Of a stretch of DNA of 64,000 nucleotides, positions 28,219-37,857 are shown one piece after another. This stretch comes from an uncultured Acidobacteriota bacterium (lineage in GTDB: Bacteria; Acidobacteriota; Thermoanaerobaculia; Gp7-AA8), in contig CAVUKB010000007.1 of the NCBI GenBank assembly GCA_963741955.1, positions 320,001 to 384,000 of the forward strand, written 5' to 3'. The position numbers were made by a program, and so were the translations under genes. Each line of letters begins with the position of its first letter. The first letter of the stretch is position 1. The notes under the pieces were generated by a model that was given only the letters and a program-made list of their open reading frames with translations, was not told the DNA's origin and did not search any database.

Positions 28219-30020
28219 AGTGGGTCGCGCAAAGTGGGTTGCGGGTGAGTGGGTCGCGCGTCCCGCGCGAGGCTCCCCGGCATCCGTGCCGGGGAGCGAT
28301 GGCGTCAACGCGGCGCAGGGCGTTCCTCTCGCGCGTCGAGGTGTTCGTGTCTCGATTCTCGGGAGGATGGGCGTGACTTGCACCGGGCAGGGCGGCGCGG
28401 GACGCCGCCCTGCATCGGACGAGACGTCCAACCCACAAGTGGGTCGCGCGCGAGTGGGTCGCGCGTCCCGCGCGAGGCTCCCCGGCATCCGTGCCGGGGA
28501 GCGATGGGGTCAACGCGGCGCAGGGCGCTTCTCTCGCGCGTCGAGGTGTTCGTGTCTCGATTCTCGGGAGGATGGTGGTGACTTGCACGGGACAGGGCGG
28601 CGCGGGACGCCGCCCTGCATCGGACGGGACGTCCAACCCACAAGCCGCTGCATCGGACGAGACGTCCAACCCACAAGTGGGTCGCGCGCGAGTGGGTCGC
28701 GCGTCCCGCGCGAGGCTCCCCGGCATCCGTGCCGGGGAGCGATGGGGTCAACGCGGCGCAGGGCGTTCCTCTCGCGCGTCGAGGTGTTCGTGTCTCGATT
28801 CTCGGGAGGATGGTGGTGACTTGCACGGGACAGGGCGGCGCGGGACGCCGCCCTGCATCGGACGAGACGTCCAACCCACAAAGTGGGTCGCGCGCGAGTG
28901 GGTCGCGCGTCCCGCGCGAGGCTCCCCGGCATCCGTGCCGGGGAGCGATGGCGTCAACGTGGCGCAGGGCGCTTCTCTCGCGCGTCGAGGTGTTCGTGTC
29001 TCGATTCTCGGGAGGATCGTCGTGACTTGCACGGGACAGGGCGGCGCGGGACGCCGCCCTGCATCGGACGAGACGTCCAACCCACAAGTGGGTCGCGCGC
29101 GAGTGGGTCGCGCGTCCCGCGCGAGGCTCCCCGGCATCCGTGCCGGGGAGCGATGGGGTCAACGCGGCGCAGGGCGCTTCTCTCGCGCGTCGAGGTGTTC
29201 GTGTCTCGATTTTCGGGAGGATGGGCGTGACTTGCACGGGACAGGGCGGCGCGGGACGCCGCCCTGCATCGGACGGGACGTCCAACCCACAAGTGGGTCG
29301 CGCGTCTCGCGCGAGGCTCCCCGGCATCCGTGCCGGGGAGCGATGGGGTGAACGCGGCGCAGGGCGCTTCTCTCGCGCGTCGAGGTGTTCGTGTTTCGAT
29401 TCTCGGGAGGATGGGCGTGACTTGCACGGGACAGGGCGGCGCGGGACGCCGCCCTGCATCGGACGGGACGTCCAACCCACAGGCCCCTGCATCGGACGAG
29501 ACGTCCAACCCACAAGTGGGTTGCGGGTCCCGCGCGAGGCTCCCCGGCATCCGTGCCGGGGAGCGATGGCGTCAACGCGGCGCAGGGCGTTCCTCTCGCG
29601 CGTCGAGGTGTTCGTGTCTCGATTCTCGGGAGGATGGTGGTGACTTGCACTGGGCAGGGCGGCGCGGGACGCCGCCCTGCATCGGACGAGACGTCCAACC
29701 CACAAAGTGGTTCGCGCGTCCCGCGCGAGGCTCCCCGGCATCCGTGCCGGGGAGCGATGGGGTCAACGCGGCGCGAGGCGCTTCTCTCGCGCGTCGAGGT
29801 GTTCGTGTTTCGATTCTCGGGAGGATGGGCGTGACTTGCACTGGACAGGGCGGCGCGGGACGCCGCCCTGCATCGGACGGGACGTCCAACCCACAGGCCC
29901 CTGCATCGGACGGGACGTCCAACCCACAGGCCCCTGCATCGGACGGGACGTCCAACCCACAAGTGGGTCGCGCGTCCCGCGCGAGGCTCCCCGGCATCCG
30001 TGCCGGGGAGCGATGCCATC
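28219..30020. repeat. Modular tandem array: 8 full units plus 1 partial unit of a ~190-bp multi-hairpin (BIME/REPIN-like) element
   Basis: Marker GGCTCCCCGGCATCCGTGCCGGGGAG at 28271, 28476, 28714, 28920, 29125, 29315, 29538, 29729, 29985; spacings 205, 238, 206, 205, 190, 223, 191, 256. Confidence 0.95.
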
Positions 30021-30032
30021 GACGCGGCGCGA

Positions 30033-30587
30033 TCAGGAGCCGATCGAACCTTCCAATCCCTGGGCGATCGACAGATGCTTTTGAATTCCCTGATCGATCG
30101 CCTGCAGGAGATTGCGGAGCTTCGCATTCCGGGTCGCCGGAATCAACGTATCCTGCAGCAGCCGGTGGACGTAACCGTGGACCGCGGCCTCGGTCTGGAC
30201 GAATTTCCGGTCGAACGCTGCACCCTGATAGGTCTGAAGAGCCTGTACGGTCTGGTCGGCATTGTCGGAGAGCGTGCGGGCGGCGTCGGAATCGAGCGCG
30301 GTGACGTGGATCTGAGACAGTGTGCTGCTGATCTTGTCCGCCACATCGTGATGATCCGACAGCATGGTCTGGGCGAACTCCTTGACACCCGGGGTCGTCG
30401 CGCGGCTGCTCGCCAGCTCCGCCTGACGGATCGCCCCCTGGTTGATGGTGGAGATGATTCCGGCGATCTGGCCGTCCGTGAAGCCGGGCTGGACCGCTGG
30501 CTGCGTCGAAGCGCACCCGGCCAGGGTCGCGGCGAAGACCACCGCCCCGACCAATGTGATTCCGATTCGAATCGGAGAATGCTTCAT
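30033..30587 (-). CDS. DUF4142 domain lipoprotein
   Basis: Lipobox LAGC; TDGQIAGIISTINQGAIRQAELA...VKEFAQTMLSDH...GAAFDRKFV...HLSIAQ; SD AGGAGG. Confidence 0.85.
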   Translation of the reverse strand: MKHSPIRIGITLVGAVVFAATLAGCASTQPAVQPGFTDGQIAGIISTINQGAIRQAELASSRATTPGVKEFAQTMLSDHHDVADKISSTLSQIHVTALDSDAARTLSDNADQTVQALQTYQGAAFDRKFVQTEAAVHGYVHRLLQDTLIPATRNAKLRNLLQAIDQGIQKHLSIAQGLEGSIGS

Positions 30588-30634
30588 CTCGAGTCCTCCT
30601 TCTGAGACAAGACTGCGGGTTGCGCGAAGATCGC

Positions 30635-30650
30635 AGCAAAGTTCGAGCCC
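30635..30650 (-). promoter_or_regulatory. Possible sigma54 promoter for the DUF4142 gene
   Basis: Minus strand GGGCTC-GAACT-TTGCT with GG-N10-GC spacing, ~48 nt upstream of the ATG; two mismatches in the -24 box. Confidence 0.4.
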
Positions 30651-30742
30651 GGAGGCAAACGAGTCGGAGCTATCGTCACTCCGAAGAGCGGACGCCGGGA
30701 ATGTCTCCCCTTGCAGCACGCGACTCGCGGGAGGAGGTCGTA

Positions 30743-30862
30743 ATGAAGGGTCTGTCGCTCACCGTCATCCTGACGATCGTGGTGCTGCTGATCGGGTGGG
30801 ACTTCGGGCGTGGTGTCTTGCCTTCACTGACGGGCCGTGGGGACGGCCTGCGAGCCCGATGA
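30743..30862 (+). CDS. Putative 39-aa single-TM small protein
   Basis: GGAGGAGG SD then ATG; MKGLSLTVILTIVVLLIGWDFGRGVLPSL...; overlaps the 3' end of the asparaginase gene by 39 nt. Confidence 0.45.
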   Translation: MKGLSLTVILTIVVLLIGWDFGRGVLPSLTGRGDGLRAR

Positions 30863-31882
30863 TGGGGGGCGCGGGGTCAGCTCTCCTCTCAGGTCCTCCT
30901 CCATCCGCGTCCGCACCTCATCCGGTGACGCTCCACCACTGAAGAGATAGTACAGCTTGGTCAGTGCGGCCTCGCTGGTCATGTCGAAGCCGCTGATGAC
31001 CCCCACTCTCGCGAGCGCTTTTCCGGTTGCGTAGTCTTCGAGATCGACACTTCCCTCCAGGCACTGCGTGCAATCCACTACGACCACGCCACGGCCGATC
31101 GACTCGCCGATGGCGGCGATGAGCTCGTGATCGCGCTCCGGAGCATTGCCGACACCGTAGGCCTCGAGGACCAGACCCTGAAGCGGAGGCTGGAGAATGT
31201 TCCGAAGCCATCGCGCGGAGATCCCAGGAAAAAGACGAAGGGCTCCCACGACCGGCTGACTCATCTCGCGTACCGTCAGCGGCCCGCCGGGGACAGGCGA
31301 GCGGATCAGTTCGCGTTTGATCTCGATCTCGACTCCCGCCGTTCCGAGCGGCGGATAGTTGGGCGAGGCGAATGCGTCGAATCCTCCCGCGCTGATCTTG
31401 ACCGAGCGGCAGCCGCGCAGGAGGCGGTTTCCGAAGAAGAGGCAGACTTCCGGAATCGGTTCGTTCGCCGCGATCAGGAGCGATGTGATGATGTTTTCCC
31501 GCGCGTCGTTCCGCACTTCGCAGAGAGGGATCTGAGAGCCGGTGAGGATCACGGGTTTGCGAAGTCCCTCCAGCATGAATGCGAGTGCCGACGCCGTGTA
31601 GGCCATGGTGTCCGTTCCGTGGAAGACGACGAATCCGTCGAACTCGTCGTAATGCGCGGCGATGTCGCGCGCGATCCTGAGCCAGTCCGAAGGCATCATG
31701 TTGGACGAGTCGAGCAGAGGCTCGTACTCGCGCAGCGTGTACTCGGGCATGAGCGGATGCTCGAGCTCGGGCATCGCCGCAAGCTGCTGCTCGAGAAAAC
31801 GGGGATCGGGAGCCCATCCGCTCTCGCTCTTTCTCATCCCGATCGTTCCGCCGGTGTATGCGATGTAGACGCGCCTGGTCAT
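30824..31882 (-). CDS. ansA: Type I (cytoplasmic) L-asparaginase
   Basis: IAYTGGTIGM, LLDSSNM, HGTDTMAY, KPVILTGSQIP, FASPNYPPL, DMTSEAALTKL, DLRGELT. Confidence 0.93.
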   Translation of the reverse strand: MTRRVYIAYTGGTIGMRKSESGWAPDPRFLEQQLAAMPELEHPLMPEYTLREYEPLLDSSNMMPSDWLRIARDIAAHYDEFDGFVVFHGTDTMAYTASALAFMLEGLRKPVILTGSQIPLCEVRNDARENIITSLLIAANEPIPEVCLFFGNRLLRGCRSVKISAGGFDAFASPNYPPLGTAGVEIEIKRELIRSPVPGGPLTVREMSQPVVGALRLFPGISARWLRNILQPPLQGLVLEAYGVGNAPERDHELIAAIGESIGRGVVVVDCTQCLEGSVDLEDYATGKALARVGVISGFDMTSEAALTKLYYLFSGGASPDEVRTRMEEDLRGELTPRPPSSGSQAVPTARQ

Positions 31883-31898
31883 CCCTCGAATCTTAGCA

Positions 31899-31950
31899 AG
31901 TTGCGGGTCGCGAGTTCCGAGTTCCGAGTTGCAACCGGCAACTGGCAACT
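31899..31950. repeat. Heptamer repeats forming an internal inverted pair
   Basis: AGTTGCG GGTCGCG AGTTCCG AGTTCCG AGTTG | CAACCGG CAACTGG CAACT. Confidence 0.65.
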
Positions 31951-32013
31951 TCCCCCCACCGGGCCGATGTTGGTAGTGGAGCGGTGAGCCCGGCAGGCAA
32001 CGAAGGCGAGCCG

Positions 32014-34266
32014 ATGCTGCTGCGGTGGTTTCCCTGGAAGTTCGTCATCAGCCGCATTGCGCGGGCTGGGGGAATCGTCGATCCCGTGCGGATCCTTTCC
32101 CGGCTGGAGAGTTTCGCGCAGCCGCTGGAGGTGAAAGAGCCGCTCGAGCTTCTCCGGGCAGGGCTCGTTTTTCACGCCCGCGGTCTTCTCAACACGGTCG
32201 CCATTCAGCACAATCTCGATTGGATCTGGCCGTACTGGGTCGCACGGCAATACGATCCGCATTCTCCGTCGTTCATTCCGAGAGCGTTTTCCGCAACCCA
32301 CATCAATCTGACCCATCGCAACTGGACTGCGGTCGGCAGGCCCGACTGCGAGCATCTCCCGATCGTCGATCCACGCGGACTGGTCACGCCGCACTGGGAC
32401 GGCTGGTCGATCGATGCGTGGGTGGTCGCAGCAGACGGACGGCGCCTGGTTCCGGCTGTGTGCGGGATGGTGGAACAGCGGCTTCTCTTCGAGGACGAGT
32501 TGACGGTCGTCACCCGGAGCGCGGAGGGGGCGTTGGATCTGGTCGGTGCGGTCACCGTCGTCGAGCGCGACGAACGGAACTGCTGCGAACTCCATTACCA
32601 GGCACGCGGGATACCGGGTTCCTGGTTGGTGGTCTCTCTCCGTCCCGCGAATCCGGAGGGAGTGAGCTTCGTTCACGTGATCGATACCTCGCAGGGAGGA
32701 GCGATCTGGAGGGTCGGTCGTCAGGCGGTCCGGTTTCTCGAACGGCCGCGCGCCGTTCGTCTCTCGCGCTACCACGAAGGCGACGTTTCGTTGCGGCTGT
32801 TCGACGACAGCGCCGGGCGGGCCGACCGTGTCGAATGCCCGGTCGGGATGGCCACCGCCGCGGCACTCTTTCCGATCGAGTCCGAGGCGGGGACGAGCGT
32901 CACGGTGAGGATTCCGCTCGAGCCGAAGCCGATCTTCCCCCGCCGCCGGCGTTCCTGGGCTGCAGTTCTCAGTCGTACGGCCCCGGCACACCTTCCGCGG
33001 CATCTTCGGCAGTTTCTCTACGACGCGGCGATTCGTTCGTTGATTCTCCACGCTCCGGCTGGAGAGGCGTGGCCCGGCCCATACACGTACAAGCGGTTCT
33101 GGTTTCGCGATGCAGCGTTCATTCTCGACGCACTTCTGGCGATCGGGCTCTTCGAGCGGGCGGAAGCGGTGATCGACCGGTTTCCCGAGCGCCAGCTGCG
33201 GAATGGCTTCTTCCGTTCGCAGGACGGTGAATGGGACTCCAACGGAGAAGCTCTCTGGATCATGAGCCGCTTCTGCCGGATGAGCGGCCGCCGCCCCAAG
33301 CCGCAGTGGGAGGAGGCGATCCGTCTGGGTGCCGAGTGGATTGCGAAGAAGAGGACTCGGGTGACCGGCCATCCCGACTCCGGGCTCCTCCCGGCGGGAT
33401 TCAGCGCCGAGCACCTGGGGCCGAATGACGTCTACTACTGGGACGACTTCTGGGGCGTGGCCGGGCTGCGTGCGGCGGGGGAGATGCTCCGGATGTTCGG
33501 CGACGAGAGGGGGGCACGCGATCTCGAGGACGAGAGCGATGATCTCTTCCGCTGCATCGAGCGGAGCCTGCAGGGATGCTTCGGCCGGCTGCGACGAGCT
33601 GCGATGCCCGCGTCGCCGCATCGCCGCCTCGACTCCGGAGCGATCGGCTCTCTTGCGGCGGGCTATCCGCTCAAGTTGTTCGATCCGCGCGATCCCCGCC
33701 TGCTCGACACCGCCGAATGGCTGATGTCCGACTGTCTCGTCGACGGCGGCTTCTACCAGGACATCGTCCATTCCGGGATCAATCCCTACCTTTCTCTCCA
33801 TCTCGCAGAGGTTCTCGCGCGAGCCGGAGATGCGAGGGCGCGCGAGCTGATCCGAACCGTCGCCTCTCTCGCCACTCCGACCGGGCAGTGGCCGGAGGCG
33901 ATCCACCCACGCACGGGCGGCGGATGCATGGGTGACGGACACCACGCATGGGCATCGGCGGAGTGGATTCTGATGACCAGAAATGCGTTCCTGCGGGAAG
34001 AGGGTGAGGACCGTCTGGTGGTGGGATCTGCCATTCCTCCGGAGTGGGTGACGGGCACCGAAGGATTTTCGTTCGGTCCTGCGCCGACGGAGTTCGGGGA
34101 AGTCACGGTCTCGTTCGTGCCGCGCGACGAAGCGGTGGAGTTTCGGATTTACGGCAGCTGGCGCCGGGTACCGACGGTGGAAGTGCGGCTGCCGTCGGTC
34201 GAGCCGGTCGAGATGAGCGGGACGCGGGACGCGTGCTTTCTGAGTCGAAAGGGGGTCAGGACATGA
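32014..34266 (+). CDS. Conserved hypothetical protein with a probable six-hairpin (alpha/alpha)6 glycosidase-like domain
   Basis: PGPYTYKRFWFRDAAF, GEWDSNGEALW, GLLPAGFSAEHLG, YYWDDFWGVAG, TGQWPEAIHP, GDGHHAW. Start ATG 32014 (alternatively GTG 31984). Confidence 0.75.
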   Translation: MLLRWFPWKFVISRIARAGGIVDPVRILSRLESFAQPLEVKEPLELLRAGLVFHARGLLNTVAIQHNLDWIWPYWVARQYDPHSPSFIPRAFSATHINLTHRNWTAVGRPDCEHLPIVDPRGLVTPHWDGWSIDAWVVAADGRRLVPAVCGMVEQRLLFEDELTVVTRSAEGALDLVGAVTVVERDERNCCELHYQARGIPGSWLVVSLRPANPEGVSFVHVIDTSQGGAIWRVGRQAVRFLERPRAVRLSRYHEGDVSLRLFDDSAGRADRVECPVGMATAAALFPIESEAGTSVTVRIPLEPKPIFPRRRRSWAAVLSRTAPAHLPRHLRQFLYDAAIRSLILHAPAGEAWPGPYTYKRFWFRDAAFILDALLAIGLFERAEAVIDRFPERQLRNGFFRSQDGEWDSNGEALWIMSRFCRMSGRRPKPQWEEAIRLGAEWIAKKRTRVTGHPDSGLLPAGFSAEHLGPNDVYYWDDFWGVAGLRAAGEMLRMFGDERGARDLEDESDDLFRCIERSLQGCFGRLRRAAMPASPHRRLDSGAIGSLAAGYPLKLFDPRDPRLLDTAEWLMSDCLVDGGFYQDIVHSGINPYLSLHLAEVLARAGDARARELIRTVASLATPTGQWPEAIHPRTGGGCMGDGHHAWASAEWILMTRNAFLREEGEDRLVVGSAIPPEWVTGTEGFSFGPAPTEFGEVTVSFVPRDEAVEFRIYGSWRRVPTVEVRLPSVEPVEMSGTRDACFLSRKGVRT

Positions 34267-35570
34267 GAATCGTCGCCCTGACGAATACGTACGCTCCTCA
34301 CGTCGGCGGAGTCGCGCGAAGCGTGGTCGCGTTCACCAGGGAGCTTCGCCGCCGCGGTCACGAGGTTCTCGTCGTCGCGCCCACTTTCGAGGGATGCCCC
34401 GAAGAGGAGGAAGGGGTGCTTCGGGTTCCGGCGATCGAAAACTTCAATGGCAGCAATTTCTCGGTTCCGGGGCCCATTCCGCGCCGGGTGGCCGTTGCGG
34501 TGAAGCAGTTCCGTCCGCACCTTGTCCATTCGCATCATCCGTTTCTGCTCGGCGATACCGCGCTGCGGATTGGTGCGCGCCGCGACGTGCCGGTGGTGTT
34601 CACTCACCACACGCTCTACGAGCACTACGTCCATTACGTCCCGGGGGGAGCGGAGCGGCTCGGGCGCATGGTGCTGGAACTGGTGACCGGCTACTGCAAT
34701 CTCTGCGATTCGGTGATCGCGCCGAGCGAGTCGGTGGCGGCACTTCTGGTCGAGCGCGGGATTCGAGCTCCCATCGCGGTCATCCCCACCGGAGTCGATC
34801 TCGAAGTGTTCGGGAAAGGAGACGGTGGGAGGTTCCGTGCTGCGCACGCGATTCCGCCCGACGCGTTCGTGGTCGGTCACGCGGGAAGGCTCGCCGCGGA
34901 AAAGAACCTCGGGGTGGTCGGCGACGCGATGATCGAAGTCTCGAAGAGCGACGAAAACGTTTGGGCGGTCGTGGCCGGGACCGGTCCTCTTCGTGACGAA
35001 CTTTCCGCGCGCTTCGAGCGGGCGGGAGTCGCGCAGCGGGTGCGCATGACCGGAGCGATCGACTGGCCCGACCTCGCCGACGCGTACGCCGCGATGGATA
35101 CGTTCGTCTTCGCCTCTCGAACCGAAACGCAGGGGATGGTTCTCACCGAAGCGATGGCCGCCGGATGTCCCGTGGTGGCCGTGGACGCGACCGGCGCTCG
35201 CGAGGTCGTCCGCGACGGCTGGAACGGCTTTCTCCTTCCGAGCGAAGAGCTCCGGTCCTTCGTCGGGGCCATCCAGCGGATGCGCGGCCTGGCACTGAGC
35301 GATCGGAGGGCGATGGAGACGAGAGCGCGGGCGACCGCAGCGGAGATGTCGCTCGAGGTCTCGGTTGCGCGGCTGATCCGCCTGTACACCCGGCTCCTGG
35401 ATCGTGCGCCGCGTCGTACCGATGCGGCGGGGTCGTGGTTCGTGCCGGCGGGGAAAGGCGTAGTGCGTGATCTGAAGATCGCCGGCAATATCGTCAGAGC
35501 GGTTGGAGATGCGGTCCGGCCCCTTCCGGGGTCCGACGCGGGAGCGGGAAGGATCGCCCGATGGTTCTGA
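34263..35570 (+). CDS. GT4 family glycosyltransferase (diacylglycerol glucosyltransferase-like)
   Basis: MRIVALTNTYAPHVGGVARSV, HSHHPFLLG, FTHHTLYE, IPTGVDL, GRLAAEKN, FASRTETQGMVLTEAMAAG (EX7E); ATGA overlap with the upstream gene. Confidence 0.92.
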   Translation: MRIVALTNTYAPHVGGVARSVVAFTRELRRRGHEVLVVAPTFEGCPEEEEGVLRVPAIENFNGSNFSVPGPIPRRVAVAVKQFRPHLVHSHHPFLLGDTALRIGARRDVPVVFTHHTLYEHYVHYVPGGAERLGRMVLELVTGYCNLCDSVIAPSESVAALLVERGIRAPIAVIPTGVDLEVFGKGDGGRFRAAHAIPPDAFVVGHAGRLAAEKNLGVVGDAMIEVSKSDENVWAVVAGTGPLRDELSARFERAGVAQRVRMTGAIDWPDLADAYAAMDTFVFASRTETQGMVLTEAMAAGCPVVAVDATGAREVVRDGWNGFLLPSEELRSFVGAIQRMRGLALSDRRAMETRARATAAEMSLEVSVARLIRLYTRLLDRAPRRTDAAGSWFVPAGKGVVRDLKIAGNIVRAVGDAVRPLPGSDAGAGRIARWF

Positions 35571-36319
35571 ACGAGGAGGAGAGAGTGCGCCGTCCGTGGT
35601 GGCTTCGCTCGCTCGGATCGATTTACGCCGCGGCGTACGTGGGCTGCTCCCGGTTCGAGTGGATGACCTGGCGGCGCGGCGACGATGCCGCGCTCCGGAA
35701 GATCGACGAGCTGCTCGCGCGAGGGGTTCGGCTGCTCGCGGTCTTCTGGCACGGGAGCTATCTGCCGCTCTTCGTTCTCCTCCGGAACCGGCGCGCCTGC
35801 ATCGTGTCGAGCGAATCGTTTCGTGGGGAGGTGATCGGGAAGATCAGCCGCCTCTGCGGATTCGAGAACGTGCGGGTCGAGGACGGATCGGGAGACGACG
35901 CGATCATCCGGATCGCTGCGGCTCTCAGCTCGCATCAGGCCGGAGCCCTCGCGGTCGACGGCCCGCTCGGACCGCGTCACCTCGTGAAACGCGGAGTGCC
36001 GCTGATCGCTTCGAGGGCGGGGATGGCACTCCTGCCGGTTGCCGTCGCCATGTCGAAGAAGAAAGTTCTCGACCAGCGTTGGGACAGGATGGAGTTGCCG
36101 CGTCTCTTCTCCCGCATCGAGCTCACCGCCGGGGAGCTGATCTTCGTTCCGCCGGAGCTTGACGAGACGTCGGCGCTGAGGTACGCGGCGGAGGTCGAGA
36201 GGGCACTCGAAGCGCTGGATCGAAGCGCTGCCGCGAAGGTGGCCGCAGCGACGTCGACGCGGGATCGCTCGAATTCCGACCTGGAAAGAGAAGAAAGGGC
36301 GGTCGTGGACCGCCCCTGA
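35561..36319 (+). CDS. Lysophospholipid acyltransferase family (DUF374-like) protein
   Basis: AVFWHG, IVSSESFRGEVI, LAVDGPLGPRHLVKRG, RWDRMELPRLFSR; overlaps the GT4 stop by 10 nt. Confidence 0.8.
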   Translation: MVLNEEERVRRPWWLRSLGSIYAAAYVGCSRFEWMTWRRGDDAALRKIDELLARGVRLLAVFWHGSYLPLFVLLRNRRACIVSSESFRGEVIGKISRLCGFENVRVEDGSGDDAIIRIAAALSSHQAGALAVDGPLGPRHLVKRGVPLIASRAGMALLPVAVAMSKKKVLDQRWDRMELPRLFSRIELTAGELIFVPPELDETSALRYAAEVERALEALDRSAAAKVAAATSTRDRSNSDLEREERAVVDRP

Positions 36320-36345
36320 AGAAGCTCCGCGAGACTCGCCCGGCC

Positions 36346-36840
36346 TCAGGCCGACTTCGCCCTCGTGTCGATCGCTTTCGGTCCGCCGCTTCCGCCGATC
36401 TCGATCCGGCGCGGTTTCGCTTCCTCGCGTTTCGGCATCGAGATCTCGAGAACCCCGTCCTCGTAGATCGCTTCGACGTGTTCCGGATCGACGCTGTTGG
36501 GGAGAGTGAAAGAACGGACGAAGCTTCCGTAGGAGCGCTCCACGCGGTGGAAATTGCGCTCGCGGTTTTCCTGCTCCATCCTTCTCTCTCCACGGAGGGT
36601 CAGGACTCCATTTTCGAAGGAGATCTCGATGTCCTCTTTCTTCATCCCCGGGAGCTCCGCCCGGACGAAGATCCGGTCTTTCGTCTCCTCCACGTCGACG
36701 GGTGGGACCCACGTGCCCGAGGTCAGATCGGGAGTGGTGAATCCGGGTGCGAAGTCGCGGAAGAAGGGTTCGAACAGGCGGTTCATCTGGTTCTGGAGAT
36801 TCTGAATGTCCTGGGCGGGATTCCAACGCGTGATGGCCAT
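36346..36840 (-). CDS. Hsp20/alpha-crystallin small heat shock protein
   Basis: WVPPVDVEET, AELPGMKKEDI, LTLRGER, ERSYGSFVRSFTLP, YEDGVLEI, PRRIEI; SD AGGAGG. Confidence 0.95.
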   Translation of the reverse strand: MAITRWNPAQDIQNLQNQMNRLFEPFFRDFAPGFTTPDLTSGTWVPPVDVEETKDRIFVRAELPGMKKEDIEISFENGVLTLRGERRMEQENRERNFHRVERSYGSFVRSFTLPNSVDPEHVEAIYEDGVLEISMPKREEAKPRRIEIGGSGGPKAIDTRAKSA

Positions 36841-36888
36841 TTTCCGTTACCTCCTCTGATCACGAAAAAATCAAATCAGGCGATGAAA

Positions 36889-36909
36889 TATGAGTCATGG
36901 CGACTCACC
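36889..36909. promoter_or_regulatory. HAIR-like (HspR-type) inverted repeat upstream of hsp20
   Basis: taTGAGT-CATGGCG-ACTCAcc matches the core of CTTGAGT-N7-ACTCAAG, ~50 nt upstream of the hsp20 ATG. Confidence 0.6.
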
Positions 36910-36988
36910 GATCAGAACGCGAGGAACCCTCTCCGATATTTCAGGAGGGGCGCCTAACTCCCTTGTTTTGCTGAGCTTGGCTCGCTGT

Positions 36989-37636
36989 TCAGTTCCCTTC
37001 GGGTTGTGCGTGCACCGTGATCTCGACGCGCCGGTTGAGCTGTCTTCCTTCCGGCGTGTCGTTCGACGCGACCGGTCTGGACTTCCCGTAACCGACCGCG
37101 GTGATCCGGTGTCCGTCGACGCCATGGTCGACCAGGTAACCTGCCACGGAATCCGCCCGTCGCTCCGAGAGGCCCTGATTGTAGTCGGCCGAACCGACGG
37201 AGTCGGTGTGCCCAGCCACGACCAGGTCGGTGTCGGGATAGCGGGTGAAGACGGACGTCATCTGTTCGAGGGTCTGCCGCGACTGCGGACGGAGCGCCGC
37301 CGAGTCGTAGTCGAACAGGATGTTGTTCTGCATCACGACGTTGAGCTCGTCGTCGGCGGTGCGGGTCACTTCCACGCCCTCGATCTGCTGGAGCTCTTTC
37401 TGCTGCTGGTCCATGCGGTGTCCTGCGGCTGCGCCGACACCCGCGCCGACTGCAGCGCCGATCACGGCTCCGGTCCGCGGGTCTCCGGACTGATTTCCGA
37501 TGATCGCGCCGGCGATGGCTCCTGCTGCCGCCCCGATCCCGGCGCCTTTCTTGGTTTTCTCGTTCGGACCGCCGCTCGTGACGCAACCGGCCAGAAGGAT
37601 CGTCACGGCGAGGATTCCTGCAATTCTTCGATACAT
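36989..37636 (-). CDS. OmpA-family lipoprotein with glycine zipper (YiaD-like)
   Basis: Lipobox LAGC; GAGIGAAAGAIAGAIIG; ILFDYDSA, GHTDSVG, NQGLSERRA, NRRVEI. Confidence 0.93.
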   Translation of the reverse strand: MYRRIAGILAVTILLAGCVTSGGPNEKTKKGAGIGAAAGAIAGAIIGNQSGDPRTGAVIGAAVGAGVGAAAGHRMDQQQKELQQIEGVEVTRTADDELNVVMQNNILFDYDSAALRPQSRQTLEQMTSVFTRYPDTDLVVAGHTDSVGSADYNQGLSERRADSVAGYLVDHGVDGHRITAVGYGKSRPVASNDTPEGRQLNRRVEITVHAQPEGN

Positions 37637-37857
37637 CTCTTCCTCCGTTGAACAGAATCTGGTTCCATCGAGCTCGGTAGGCCAGGCTCTGTCAGGAATA
37701 CGTTCGAAGCGAGCGGCTGGTTTCGACATCCTTGATGAACGGCCGGTTACCAATCCGATCGGAGCAGCCCGGACGGGGTGACGATCGCCACGTTCGGGAC
37801 GCATATTGAAGGAGCTCACCCGGGAAGAGCGAACGGCAGCGCTATGGGGAGGACGAG

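Noticed and set aside
28219-30020. CRISPR array
   Set aside because: Sequence between the palindromes is near-identical from unit to unit (no unique spacers), the period is ~190-256 bp, and no cas genes are present.
28148-30639. Many long Arg/Pro/Gly-rich ORFs on both strands, and the 197-aa N-terminal extension of the sulfatase ORF
   Set aside because: These are translations of the GC-rich repeat array; the real sulfatase start is the lipoprotein signal at 28135.
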